From NCBI GenBank assembly GCA_020137815.1, contig CM035351.1, positions 4,836,001-4,900,000 on the forward strand: a stretch of DNA of 64,000 nucleotides. Reading direction: 5' to 3'. The stretch's first letter is position 1. The number at the start of each line of letters is the position of its first letter. This document shows, in pieces, positions 13,705-28,448 of this stretch. The notes below the pieces were generated by a model. The model searched no databases, was not told where the DNA came from, and saw only the letters and a list, made by a program, of their open reading frames with translations. The DNA comes from Hormiphora californensis (lineage: Eukaryota; Animalia; Ctenophora). Both the position numbers and the translations under genes were made by a program.

Positions 13705-14260
13705 TAGAGAGAGGGAGGGAGAGAGGGAAAGAGAAAGAGATAGAGAGAGAGACAGAGAGAGGATAATACTTTGCAGCAATACCCCCAGACAATGTCTGCC
13801 AGTATAATACATTACCATGATACCCTGATAACACCCTCCTCCTCTTCGGCACCTGTGTGATCTCCGGCCGCAACTCACCAGTGCAGCAGCCAGTGTGTGT
13901 GCACAATAGTACAGGTGCAATTAGTGCTTCTCACCAATTACCCAGCAGAGAGAGAGAGAGAGAAGGGAGTAGTGAGGGAAGGAGACAGCGAGGGGAGATC
14001 TGATCTTTCAATTTCTACCAAGTCTCTCTCCCTCTGTTTCTTGATCTATATCTCTCTCGCTATGTAAGGGTAAATATCAGTTCCCAGGACGCGGCACCCG
14101 TCTTTCAGACTGGGGGGATGCAGAGATCCCAACTGCTGCAGCTCACATAGAAATGGAGGGATGCCGGGAGATTGTAACTGAGAATGAAAGGGTATATCCG
14201 TAATTTGAGGGGCGGCACCGAGTCTCAATGTAGTGTGGCCGGCCCTAATCTTCTCCATCC

Positions 14261-14323
<63 letters not shown>

Positions 14324-14629
14324 TCGTCCCCATCCCTCTCTCTCTCTTTCTATATCGTGCTCACTTTTCTCGGTCCATAAGTCCGGGGACAAATTAGCTG
14401 TGGATTCCCGGGCTCGATTTGGGAACAGTGCGAGTGTGTGATGATTCCAATTTCAAAAGCATTTTGGTATATCTCCTTCATTCAATAGACTTCTTCATTT
14501 TCTCACATGTATACATTTCTCTCATCCAGTCTACGCACTTCTGAACCGATGCACGCGTAATACGCAGACAGGCGCCCTGTCTCCTTTCCCAGACTTACGT
14601 AACTCAGAAGTAACCAAGAAGTGAGACTT

Positions 14630-14663
<34 letters not shown>

Positions 14664-15183
14664 GAGAGATAGATAGAGAGACAGTAATATGAGGCGTACA
14701 ACAAGGATAGAGACAAGACGGGAGGGGAAGAGGAGGGAGAGAGAGTGCTGTTAGGTGCACCAGCACTCAGGGGGGGGGGGGGGGGGGGTCAGGGGTCTGC
14801 CATGTGTTTTACATTGACAATTGTCAGGCGACAGCTAAATTGGCGCCGTGACCGGGGGGGGGGGGGAGGAGAGAGAGGGAGGGAGGATATGTCAGGGCCC
14901 AGGGGAGAGGGGGTAGCGCTGAGTGGGACTCTGCAAATGAAGCCACACCACGCCGAGGATACAGTTACATTCATTTCTACACACTGTAACTCCACGGGAT
15001 CTCAATATCCACACAAAATATATATCGATCAGAGTAGCTCCCCCAGACGGCATGGATTACCAGAGAAATTATCCCAGACACCTCTTTCTCCCCTCTCATG
15101 TTCTCCTTGCCTCTCTCTCATGTTCTCACCACCAGTAAGCCATCATTCTCTCCCTCTAGTTTCCAGAATATCCCATGCAGTCC

Positions 15184-15278
<95 letters not shown>

Positions 15279-16066
15279 GGGAAGTTGTAGTTCTCTTAAC
15301 ACGTCCAGGCACATCACCCCAGCCTTTGTATTTATCGGGGACGGTGGCTGGCGGGGTACGATGTAATTGAGAGGTAGGTAGAGCCATCCCCGGAGTCGAG
15401 ACTGACAGATAAAACCGAGCTACTCAGCTCCCCCTATCTCTCTTTCTTCCTCTCTATAACTCTCCTCTCCATCTCTGTCTCTCTCGCAGCGTAAATTCAG
15501 ACTTAAGAGAAACCCTGAGAGATAGAGAGGACACCGTATAATATCCCGTGGTGTGTGTGTCACAATATTTTGAGACACTCTGTACGGGGTACTATACGTG
15601 ACACTATAACACCCATATATATAGATTTATTTATAGCCATGGAGCCCTCAATTCGGCCTTCACTAACTAAAGTGAATCACATCATCATCTCACCCCGTCA
15701 TCTATTTACCTTCAGTAGCTTGACCCCAGTGTCGCCAATGCAATGATTCATCCATGTCCCATGATCTCTAAAGATAGCGCGGTAGTCTTCAAGCTTCAAA
15801 CCCCTTCCCTCTCTCTCATCTCTCCCATAAGTGAGAGCAAGGGGGAAATATGATAATAAGTAGGAATAATAACACAGCTCCCTCGCCCCCCAGCTCGACA
15901 TTTATTGAGGGAACGTCTGACATGTGTCTCTCAATAGCGCCGTGACACGAGATGCGCCGCTCATGAATTGTAATATGTACCATCCCTTTGTCGCATATTC
16001 TAATACGCTCATGGGGCCATTACTACTACCCATCCTGTCAGTCATCTCATTAAAGTCATTATTAGG

Positions 16067-16232
<166 letters not shown>

Positions 16233-16520
16233 ACTGCACCCCATCAGTTCATGTGACAATCCCTCAATAGTCTCACTACTATTCACTCAGTATATAACGC
16301 AGCCATTCAGTTCTCAATACTCAGTATTATACTGCTGCAGTAGCTCAGAGAGGGAGAGAGATAGAAAGATAGAGAGACAGGGGAAGAGACAAGGGAAGAG
16401 AGAGGTGGGGTAGGTATATAGGTCGAGTGAATTAGTAGGAGATGGGGTACTGCGACCAGTAGACTCACTGTCTCCGCGTCTACCCATTATTATTAGCCCG
16501 TGACCCCTCAATTTGTTTTC

Positions 16521-16594
<74 letters not shown>

Positions 16595-17710
16595 TCTCTC
16601 TCTCTCCCTCTCTGATTAATAATGGGGACAATGGTTCTACTTTCACATCACGCAGACCCATTGAATCAAGATGGACTATTAGAGAGTTGTATAGCGACTG
16701 GGTCTTTGATTAATCCCAAGCTACTACTGCAGCAGATCGGGGGGCCGGGAAGGGGAGGGGGCTGGGCTGGTCATTTTCCTGTATGATTAAATGATATCTA
16801 TGTGTCTGGAATGTTGCGGTATTGAAGTTAGAGATGGATACGAAATGTGGAACAAATTATCCCCCCTCCTGCACTAAATAATATCCATCTCCCACTCATT
16901 CAATTACCTTTATAATAAAGCTATTTATACATGATATGATATCTCTTCCCAGGGACAGGCCAAGATCCTGCTGAAGGATATAGGGGAAACTGAGGTACTG
17001 CGACTGCTGCTGACTGTACTGAAGGAAGGTGCTCGAAGTACCACCTGCATCGTGTCTCATAGCACCAACAAACACGAAACCATCTGCAAGTGAGTACTTA
17101 ATGTTAATGGATTCGTAAGATAGACTTACACCGAAGGCACAATTCCCAGTAATTTGAATTTTCGCAGACATTTCCTGAATTCTATGTTCCAATCATAGTT
17201 GCCATTTCTCTTGTACTATATATAGTCTTTCAGTTCACACATTACTCGCTAGCGATTATTGAAAAATCGTCATCGCTGCTAACTTTTCAAAAGACGATGT
17301 TATTTTTTCCTTCCACTATCTCCCCACCCGGAGTAGGGACCTTTCTGGCATAGTTTAATAGTGTAGGGTACGACAGGATTGGTCTTAGGGTTTCCAGTAC
17401 TTGGGCCCTTATACAGGACCCCTGAATTAACATGAGCAGAGAAAATTTTTCGTTAGGCTAGCTCTTATCTCCTTACTCTATCTTCGCTATCTCTCTCTCT
17501 CTCTCTTCTCTCTCTTATCTATTATTTCTATCTCTATATATCTATCTCTTCGCCTCGCTCGCATCTCTCTATCTCTCTCTCTCTATTCTGCTCTATCTTT
17601 CCTCTCTCTCTCTCTCTCTCTCTATATAGATCTTCCAATTCCCGTTAGACAGCATCCTAGATAAGAGTCTGATACCGTGGCAGCATATAGAAGGGGACAG
17701 CATCCAGACT

Positions 17711-17810
17711 NNNNNNNNNNNNNNNNNNNNNNNNNNNNNNNNNNNNNNNNNNNNNNNNNNNNNNNNNNNNNNNNNNNNNNNNNNNNNNNNNNNNNNNNNN
17801 NNNNNNNNNN
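17711..17810. other. Assembly gap
   Basis: 100 N. Confidence 1.
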
Positions 17811-17825
17811 TATAGAAAAGGTTGA

Positions 17826-18604
17826 GGGGGCCGGCTGAAGTTTGTTGAAGGGTGAAAGTCAACTTCAAAACTTCAGAAACTTAGAGGGTGAAAACTTCAA
17901 AAACTAAACTTCACAAAAACTCTATCCCTAAACCGTTGGAGATAGGCCCTATGTTGCTCTTCATACTCTTAATATAAAGTTGCCTATTCCGAACAGAATG
18001 CAACCCCCTTTAAAAGCCCTTATCACTCATACATTAAACTTGTCTAGCCCAAAAAGTCATGCTCACACACAAAATTATGAAAATATCCCTTTCCCTCGCC
18101 TTCGATGTGTGGAGACTTCATTTTGGCCGCTGATGATTTTAGTGTCCATATTTTTTTCACTACTCCCTTCATAAAAAATTTGCATTTTGTGAAACTGGCA
18201 AAAAGGGTGTGGCCCCAAAAAAAATTTTGAAAATTTACTTTATAATTTTTTTAACACTTTCTTAGCATTTTCTAGGCAATTTTTTGAGTTATAGAATGAA
18301 AATAAAATCAGTTTTTACAAAAAATTTAAACTTTTTACACCAAATTGTGCCATGGATTTCACGGCTAGGAATCATTGTAAATATCCTAATTTGCGGTGGA
18401 AAAAGGGCAGACAAGGACGGATAACTTTGCCACACTATGTATTAAGCATGAAACTAACCTAAACAAGTGTATTAATAGTCACTGATTATAGCATATAAAA
18501 GTAGTTTAGAGTTTTTGAAGTTTTTGAAGTTTTTGAAGTCAACTTCAAAAACTCAAAAAGTAGGGTGGAAAACTTCAAAAACTTCAGCCGGCCCCCCCCC
18601 CCCC
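17826..18604. mobile_element. Non-autonomous TIR element
   Basis: TIR GGGGGCCGGCTGAAGTTT...AAACTTCAGCCGGCCCCC; internal AAAACTTC repeats; only a partial flank match (AAAGGT). Confidence 0.7.
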
Positions 18605-18639
18605 AAAGGTATTTGATCGGTTCTTTTTCAAGATTGGGT

Positions 18640-18655
18640 GGCTTTGAAAAAAGCC
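18640..18655 (-). promoter_or_regulatory. Histone 3' stem-loop of H4
   Basis: GGCTTT-TTTC-AAAGCC followed by ACCCA and GAAAAAGAAC. Confidence 0.95.
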
Positions 18656-18699
18656 GTTTTCGGTATCGGGCAAGCCCGATACCTTGGATATCGGGGAAT

Positions 18700-19035
<336 letters not shown>

Positions 19036-19062
19036 CTAATAGTAAGGTGATAAGCCAGGAAC

Positions 19063-20007
19063 ACCACAAAAAAATTTGTTACAAAGGATTTCCACCTCAA
19101 ATGTACTCCTAAGGGTCCCCTCTATCGATTCCAACCAATGCTCATATTTGCTCAGGGGTGCTAAGGCCTCATTTCCGGGTGGGCGTGGTACCTGTATTTT
19201 CAGCCTGAGGCCAAAACCATAAATACCCTTAAAATAGGAATAGAGACAAAACTGAGGGCACTAAAATGATCAGAGTCCTCGAATTAGTGGGGGTAGGTGC
19301 TAAAATTAAGTCTCTATCTCATCTGGTTAATTAGATAATTGGATAATTAGGTTTGCGCATAACCGTTTTTTGGCTATATGGCTATAGCCACTTATGAATG
19401 GTTAAGAGACTTTTCATTGGTGCCATTTTGTAGGCAAAGCGAAATTATGGGGGGTCGACGTCGGACTTTTAAGCTCTATCTTCAACCGTTTAGCCGTTAT
19501 TTGGCTTTAACGGTGTTCAAAATTGGACTTTTTACCGTATTTTGCTCATTTGGAGCATCTTAAAAGCCAAATAACGGCTAAACGGTTGAAGATAGAGCTT
19601 AAAAGTCCGACGTCGACCCCCATAACTTCGCTTTGCCTACAAAATGGCACCAATGAAAAGTCTCTTAACCATTCCTAAGTGGCTATAGCCATATAGCCAA
19701 AAAACGGTTATGCGCAAACCTAATTATCCAATTATCTAATTAACCAGATGAGATAGAGACTTAATTTTAGCACCTACCCCCACTAATTCGAGGACGCTGA
19801 TCATTTTAGTGCCCTCAGTTTTGTCTCTACTCCTATTTTAAGGGTATTTATGGTTTTGGCCTCAGGCTGAAAATACAGGTACCACGCCCACCCGGAAATG
19901 AGGCCTTAGCACCCCTGAGCAAATATGAGCATTGGTTGGAATCGATAGAGGGGACCCTTAGGAGTACATTTGAGGTGGAAATCCTTTGTAACAAATTTTT
20001 TTGTGGT
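19063..20007. mobile_element. Foldback element with about 445-bp arms in the H4/H3 intergenic region
   Basis: Arms 19063-19508 and 19563-20007, 54-bp spacer, few mismatches; no TSD visible. Confidence 0.85.
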
Positions 20008-20129
20008 TGAGGCTAAAATTTTAGTTAAATCACCTTATTATAAGTTGGTATCTTGTGAATCAGAATTTGTTAATTTTAACCCTGATACAACCGGGAAATA
20101 TATACTATCTTACTCATCAACTTTAATAA

Positions 20130-20471
<342 letters not shown>

Positions 20472-20516
20472 ATATTTAGGTTCTCTCCTGTTGTTACGTC
20501 TTGGTAACAACAAAAC

Positions 20517-20532
20517 GGTGCTTTTCAGCGCC
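20517..20532 (+). promoter_or_regulatory. Histone 3' stem-loop of the H3 relic
   Basis: GGTGCT-TTTC-AGCGCC, ACCCA, then CAAAAGAAA. Confidence 0.92.
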
Positions 20533-21335
20533 ACCCAAATCTAACAAAAGAAATTCCCCGTATCAAATCCTGACCCTAGACCATCCCATCTCTCACTCCA
20601 TAATTCTGATCAATCGTTGTAGTACTTAGGGTTGTCAGCCGGTGACTATCGCATGACAGGGCGGTAGTATAGACTTGATAAACGTGTTAATAATGCATAG
20701 ACTGGTTCCGTTTGCGAAAATTTCGATTCGAGAAAATTTTATCGGTAACAAATTGCGATTCGAGGAAATTTTCTCGGTTGGAAATCACGATTCGTGAAAA
20801 AAATTACGATTAGAAATAATTTTCTGGGAATTTTCTGAGGAGTTACGAGAGCCACAGGTAATATGGGATACCATTTTGGCCATAATTTTTTTTCAGATTA
20901 CAATAAAGTCTTCATAGGTGTGTCTTAATTGGACCAAGCTAACACATAACCACCAAAACTAACCCAAAGAATACTCCATAACGGAGATCTGGCACTATCC
21001 CATATTACCTTGAAAATTTGCTGTGGAATTTTATTTTGGTGAAATGGGATACCCATTTTTAACGAAAATGGGATATCCCATTTTATCAAAAAATTGGTAT
21101 CCCATTTTGTCAAAACTTTATTGCACTTTGCTTGGATTAAACTAGTTTTGTTTATAATAAGTAAGTAGGCTCCCGAGTCCCGCTATTATAGCCGACAGCC
21201 TTGAAATCATGAAAAGTTAGGAACAAGTTATCTAATTTCTTCACTAACGGGTCCCTAAAGTCTCATTTAACACTTCGAAGTTCAACAGAATTTAGAAATT
21301 ATGAACCTTTCAAGAGTTTCTTTTTAGATTTGGGT

Positions 21336-21351
21336 GGCGCTGAAAAGCACC
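21336..21351 (-). promoter_or_regulatory. Histone 3' stem-loop of H2A
   Basis: GGTGCT-TTTC-AGCGCC, ACCCA, then AAAAAGAAAC on the minus strand. Confidence 0.95.
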
Positions 21352-21400
21352 TTTTTGCCAGTTTCTCCAGAGGAATAACTGACGGTAAACCGATAAAGGT

Positions 21401-22161
<761 letters not shown>

Positions 22162-22536
22162 ATGCCCCCTGTTTCTGGAAAGAAAGCCGAGAAGAAGGCA
22201 GGCAAGAAAGCCGGCCGTGTCGGAGGAGACAAGAAACGAAGGAAGAAGAGGAAGGAGTCTTACTCCATCTACATCTACAAGGTCCTCAAGCAGGTCCACC
22301 CTGACACTGGTGTCAGCTCCAAGGCCATGTCCATCATGAACTCTTTCGTCAACGACATCTTTGAGAGGATTGCCGGAGAGGCCTCTCGACTAGGACACTA
22401 CAACAAGCGAAAGACCATCTCTTCTAGAGAGGTCCAGACCGCCGTCAGGCTGCTTTTGCCTGGTGAACTTGCCAAACACGCAGTCTCCGAAGGCACCAAG
22501 GCTGTGACCAAGTACACCTCCTCTACCTCCAAGTAA
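22162..22536 (+). CDS. H2B: Histone H2B, replication-dependent
   Basis: [43 protein letters not shown]...AVTKYTSS; stem-loop present. Confidence 0.99.
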   Translation: MPPVSGKKAEKKAGKKAGRVGGDKKRRKKRKESYSIYIYKVLKQVHPDTGVSSKAMSIMNSFVNDIFERIAGEASRLGHYNKRKTISSREVQTAVRLLLPGELAKHAVSEGTKAVTKYTSSTSK

Positions 22537-22577
22537 TCTGGAGATGATCCCGTCGTGTTTTTTAAACACGGCAAAAA

Positions 22578-22593
22578 GGCTTTTTTCAAAGCC
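22578..22593 (+). promoter_or_regulatory. Histone 3' stem-loop of H2B
   Basis: GGCTTT-TTTC-AAAGCC, ACCCA, then AAAAAAAGAAAC. Confidence 0.95.
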
Positions 22594-23689
22594 ACCCAAT
22601 TTAAAAAAAGAAACTGAGCAAATTAATGACAGTCCACGGCTGTCACTCACGCTTGGTGAAGCCGGGGGGGGGGTAATCATGGTGACTCAACTGACCTTTT
22701 AGGGGGGGGTTCCAACCTATTTCGTGTATGTTTGTACGGAAAAAAACAGGGCTTTCCTCAAACAAAAAAATACAAAAAAATACAAAAAAATACAAAAAAG
22801 TACAAAAAAATACAAAAAAATAAAAACAGTTTTATATGGTAATTTACCATTATTGTTCGAACTTTTACTGTTTTTAGACATTCTTCCACGCTATTTCACG
22901 CAATTTAGTACAAAATATATACATATTTTACATATGTAGCATGCCAAAATCGCGAGAAATTCCCCGAATCGCAATTTCTTACCGAGAAAATTTTCTCGAA
23001 TCGTATTTTCTAAGCGAGAAATTTCCCCAAATCGCAATTTCTTACCGAGAAAATTTTCCCGAATCGTATTTTCTAAGCGAGAAATTTTCCCGAATCGCAA
23101 TTTCTTACCGAGAAAATTTTCTCGAATCGTATTTTCTAAGCGAGAAATTCCCCGAATCGCAATTTCTTACCGAGAAAATTTTCTCGAATCGTATTTTCTA
23201 AGCGAGAAATTTCCCCGAATCGCAATTTCTTACCGAGAAAATTTTCCCGAATCGTATTTTCTAAGCGAGAAATTTCCCCGAATCGCAATTTCTTACCGAG
23301 AAAATTTTCCCGAATCGTATTTTCTAAGCGAGAAATTACCCTGAATCGCAATTTCTTACCGAGAAAATTTTCTCGAATCGTATTTTCTAAGCGAGAAATT
23401 TCCCCGAATCGCAATTTCTTACCGAGAAAATTTTCTCCAATCGTATTTTCTAAGCGAGAAATTCCCCGAATGGGGGGGCCGTCACCTTTTTTTTTGTCTA
23501 CAGGAACATTGCACCAGATTTTGAAAATGAAAGTGTAGACAAAAGTAGACAAAAGTAGACAAATGTAGACAAAAGTAGACAAAAGTAGACAAAACTTTTT
23601 TTTTCAAGTTAAGAAATTTTTTAAACATTTTCTGCACTTGTTAAGTATTCTCATACACATTATCTACGTTTCTATTAGTAATTTCGATT

Positions 23690-26090
23690 TTAATTGCCCC
23701 CTCTTTACCCCCAACCACTCTTAGAACACTTTAGGAACACCTGTAGACAAAAGTAGACAAAAAGTTTTCAAGTTTAGAAAACAATTCCCAATCAATTTCT
23801 ATCCTTGATATGTATTTCCATGTTCTCTATTGGGACTATATTTATGTGTGTACGGGTGTTTGTGACTTCAATTGCTCCCTCTTTACCCCCAAACACTCTT
23901 AGAACACTTTAGGAACACCTGTAGACAAAAGTAGACAAAAGTAGACAAAAAATTTTCAAGTTTAGAAAACGATTTCTATCCTTGATATGTGTTTCCATGT
24001 TCTCTATTTATGTGTGTATGGGTGTTTGTAACTTCAATTGCCCCCTCTTTACCCCCAAACACTCTTAGAACACTTTAGGAACACCTGTAGACAAAAGTAG
24101 ACAAAAGTAGACAAAAAATTTTCAAGTTTAGAAAACAATTCCCAAACAATTTCTATCCTTGATATGTATTTCCATGTTCTCTATTGGGACTATATTTATG
24201 TGTGTACGGGTGTTTGTGACTTCAATTGCTCCCTCTTTACCCCCAAAAACTCTTAGAACACTTTAGGAACACCTGTAGACAAAAGTAGACAAAAAGTTTT
24301 CGAGTTTAGAAAACAATTCCCAAACAATTTCTATCCTTGATATGTATTTCCATGTTCTCTATTGGGACTATATTTATGTGTGTACGGGTGTTTGTGACTT
24401 CAATTGCTCCCTCTTTACCCCCAAACACTCTTAGAACACTTTAGGAACACCTGTAGACAAAAGTAGACAAAAGTAGACAAAAAATTTCAAGTTTTAGAAA
24501 ACGATTTCTATCCTTGATATGTATTTCCATGTCCTCTATTTATGTGTGTATGGGCGTTTGTGACTTCAATTGCTCTCTCTTTACCCCCAAACACTCTTAG
24601 AACACTTTAGGAACACCTGTAGACAAAAGTAGACAAAAGTAGACAAAAAGTTTTCAAGTTTAGAAAACAATTCCCAAACAATTTCTATCCTTGATATGTA
24701 TTTCCATGTTCTCTATTGGGACTATATTTATGTGTGTACGGGTGTTTGTGACTTCAATTGCTCCCTCTTTACCCCCAAAAACTCTTAGAACACTTTAGGA
24801 ACACCTGTAGACAAAAGTAGACAAAAGTAGACAAAAAATTTTCAAGTATAGAAAACGATTTCTATCCTCGATATGTATTTCCATGTCCTCTATTTATGTG
24901 TGTATGGGTGTTTGTGACTTCAATTGCCCCCTCTTTACCCCCAAACACTCTTAGAACACTTTAGGAACACCTGTAGACAAAAGTAGACAAAAGTAGACAA
25001 AAAATTTTCAAGTTTAGAAAACGATTTCTATCCTTGATATGTATTTCCATGTCCTCTATTTATGTGTGTATGGGCGTTTGTGACTTCAATTGCCCCCTCT
25101 TTACCCCCAACCACTCTTAGAACACTTTAGGAACACCTGTAGACAAAAGTAGACAAAAGTAGACAAAAAGTTTTCAAGTTTAGAAAACAATTCCCAATCA
25201 ATTTCTATCCTTGATATGTATTTCCATGTTCTCTATTGGGACTATATTTATGTGTGTACGGGTGTTTGTGACTTCAATTGCTCCCTCTTTACCCCCAAAC
25301 ACTCTTAGAACACTTTAGGAACACCTGTAGACAAAAGTAGACAAAAGTAGACAAAAAATTTTCAAGTTTAGAAAACGATTTCTATCCTTGATATGTGTTT
25401 CCATGTTCTCTATTTATGTGTGTATGGGTGTTTGTAACTTCAATTGCCCCCTATTTACCCCCAAACACTCTTAGAACACTTTAGGAACACCTGTAGACAA
25501 AAGTAGACAAAAGTAGACAAAAGTAGACAAAAAGTTTTCAAGTTTAGAAAACAATTCCCAAACAATTTCTATCCTTGATATGTATTTCCATGTTCTCTAT
25601 TTATGTGTGTATGGGTGTTTGTGACTTCAATTGTCCCCTCTTTACCCCCAAACACTCTTAGAACACTTTAGGAACACCTGTAGACAAAAGTAGACAAAAG
25701 TAGACAAAAAGCTTTCAAGTTTAGAAAACAATTCCCAAACAATTTCTATCCTTGATATGTATTTCCATGTTCTCTATTGGGACTATATTTATGTGTGTAC
25801 GGGTGTTTGTGACTTCAATTGCTCCCTCTTTACCCCCAAAAACTCTTAGAAATAGAACACTTTAGGAACACCTGTAGACAAAAGTAGACAAAAAATTTTC
25901 AAGTCTAGAAATCGATTTCTATCCTTGATATGTGTTTCCATGTTCTCTATTTATGTGTGTATGGGTGTTTGTGACTTCAATTGTCCCCTCTTTACCCCCA
26001 AACACTCTTAGAACACTTTAGGAACACCTGTAGACAAAAGTAGACAAAAGTAGACAAAAAATTTCAAGTTTTAGAAAACGATTTAGAAAA
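23690..26090. repeat. Tandem satellite, about 14 units of 162-188 bp
   Basis: CTCTTTACCCCC anchor at 23701, 23879, 24045, 24233, 24411, 24577, 24765, 24931, 25097, 25285, 25451, 25638, 25826, 25988. Confidence 0.95.
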
Positions 26091-26121
26091 TATTTTTTAA
26101 ATTTTCTGCACTTGTTAAGTA

Positions 26122-26298
26122 CAGTCGGACCCCGATTTAGGGACACCCTCGGGGGAAAGGCTCTTGTCCACTAAATCGGGGTGTCCACTAAATCGGGGTC
26201 AAATAAGGTTAATTTCCTATATCGGGGGAAAAAATCCTGTCCCTAAATGAAAATCGGGGTGCCACTAAATCGGGGGCCCCTAAATCGGGGTCCGACTG
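26122..26298. mobile_element. Tc1/mariner-pogo-type MITE
   Basis: TIR CAGTCGGACCCCGATTTAGGG; TA TSD; the empty paralogous site TTAAG-TA-TTCTCATA is visible near 23641. Confidence 0.92.
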
Positions 26299-27622
26299 TA
26301 TTCTCATATAATACTTTATCTACGTTTCTATTAGTAGTTTCGTTTTCAATTGCCCCCTCTTTACCCCCAAACACTCTTGTCTACACTCGACTACAGTAAT
26401 TGTTCTTAAAGTTTTCTAATTTAGGAATAAAGAAGGGGCCATTGGAATATGAATAATTAATAAAAAACATATCCAAAGTATAATATGAAAATACTTAACA
26501 ATTACAGAAAATGCAGAAATTGTTTTCTGTACTTGAAAATTTTTTGTCTACTTTTGTCTACTTTTGTCTACTTTTGTCTACTTTTGTCTACTTTGCACTG
26601 AAATTTTCAAAGTGCTGTAGACAAAAGTAGACAAAAGTAGACAAAAAAAAAGGTGACGGCCCCCCCCCCCCCCCCGAATCACAATTTCTTACCGAGAAAA
26701 TTTTCTCGAATCGTATTTTCTAAGCGAGAAATTTCCCCGAATCGCAATTTCTTACCGAGAAAATTTTCCCGAATCGTATTTTCTAAGCGAGAAATTTCCC
26801 CGAATCGCAATTTCTTACCGAGAAAATTTTCCCGAATCGTATTTTCTAAGCGAGAAATTACCCTGAATCGCAATTTCTTACCGAGAAAATTTTCTCGAAT
26901 CGTATTTTCTAAGCGAGAAATTTCCCCGAATCGCAATTTCTTACCGAGAAAATTTTCTCGAATCGTATTTTCTAAGCGAGAAATTTCCCCGAATCGCAAT
27001 TTCTTACCGAGAAAATTTTCTCGAATCGTATTTTCTAAGCGAGAAATTTCCCCGAATCGCAATTTCTTACCGTTTATGTAAAGCTGGGTTCCATTTATGT
27101 TCATGTACATGTATTATTTATACTTTTTTCACGCACCCACATCCTTCATTATTTTTTTGTATTTTTTTGTATTTTTTTGTATTGTTTGTATGGAAAAAAA
27201 CAGGAATTTTGGATACTTTTATGTATGGTCCGTACAAAAAAATACAAAAAAATACAAAAAAATAGGTTGGAACCCCCCCCCCTTTTAGCAGTTAGTCACC
27301 ATTTCATTGCATTTGTCTTCATCATTGTCTCACATAAGACCCTCCTCTTCGCACCTGGCCTTTGGCTTGGTTACGAAGTCACCCCTATTATTGCATATCC
27401 GTGAGCTAGCGCAGAGGGGGAATTTCATTACCAAGCCTTTGGCCCGGTGAAAAATGAGCAAGTACAGCAATCTAAACTATGACCCCCCCTATGACCTCAA
27501 AAAAGGTCCTTTCGACCAAATATTTTTAAATCGCCATATACTATATGATACTCGGGAAGTAGGGCTGATCTCGAAAATCGGTGAAGTGCAGTTTGAACAG
27601 TTTTGTCTGAACTTTCACGTAA

Positions 27623-27910
<288 letters not shown>

Positions 27911-28299
27911 ACAACCTCAAGAGTAAAGATTCTTTCATCAAAATCGCTACACCTGCTCACCTGAGCAGGTGTAGCTAATTAGTGATTACGATTGACCCGT
28001 TTTGGGAAGACTAGGGGACCATCAATTCACTCATTAGCATTGCTTTTCAACTGAATGTGTCACACAATTTTACATAGAATTTGTGTGGGTCTCAAATTCC
28101 GCTATGTACGCTGACAAAAGTACTTCCGATACAGAAAGTACGCGCGTCTACAGCGCTAAAAAGGTGCATCACTGTTTGTCACACAAGTGTTTTAATACCC
28201 CCGTTTTACCTTGGTTACGAAGCCACCCCTTTTATTGCATACACCATCAGCAATAATAACAGAGGGGTAATTTCATTACCAACGTTTTACCGTGCAAAT

Positions 28300-28448
28300 G
28301 GCAGAAATAATGGCTAGTTCTCTGTTAATATAGAAATGAATTTGTTAGGCCGGATGCATGTGGCCTCTTTTATTATTTAATAAAAGAGGCCACATGCATC
28401 CGGCCTAACAAATTCATTTCTATATCAACAGAGAACTAGCCATCTGGC
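28300..28448. mobile_element. Hairpin insertion with about 65-bp arms
   Basis: Near-perfect inverted repeat 28310-28443; flanked by 12-bp direct repeat TACCGTGCAAAT. Confidence 0.8.

Larger units (their letters stand above)
23472..26671. mobile_element. Nested TIR element containing a 162-188-bp satellite array
   Basis: TIR GGGGGGGCCGTCACCTTTTTTTTTGTCTAC; 8-bp TSD CCCCGAAT (23464-23471, 26672-26679) splits the 63-bp array; GTAGACAAAA subterminal repeats. Confidence 0.85.
22681..27300. mobile_element. Outer TIR element carrying a 63-bp minisatellite (22950-23471 and 26672-27072)
   Basis: Imperfect TIR GGTGACT..AACTG..GGGGGGGGTTCCAACCTATTT at both ends, with AAAAAATAC subterminal repeats; the 63-bp unit is two related 31-32-bp halves. 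Confidence 0.75.

Noticed and set aside
16896-17192. Possible minus-strand exon
   Set aside because: No recognisable motif and no partner exons
23690-26090. CRISPR-like array
   Set aside because: Units are wholly repeated with no unique spacers; eukaryotic context with no cas genes
22891-27110. 21-aa repeat proteins (RFGEISRLENTIRENFLGKKL)
   Set aside because: Open frames of a 63-bp minisatellite, open on both strands and broken by indels
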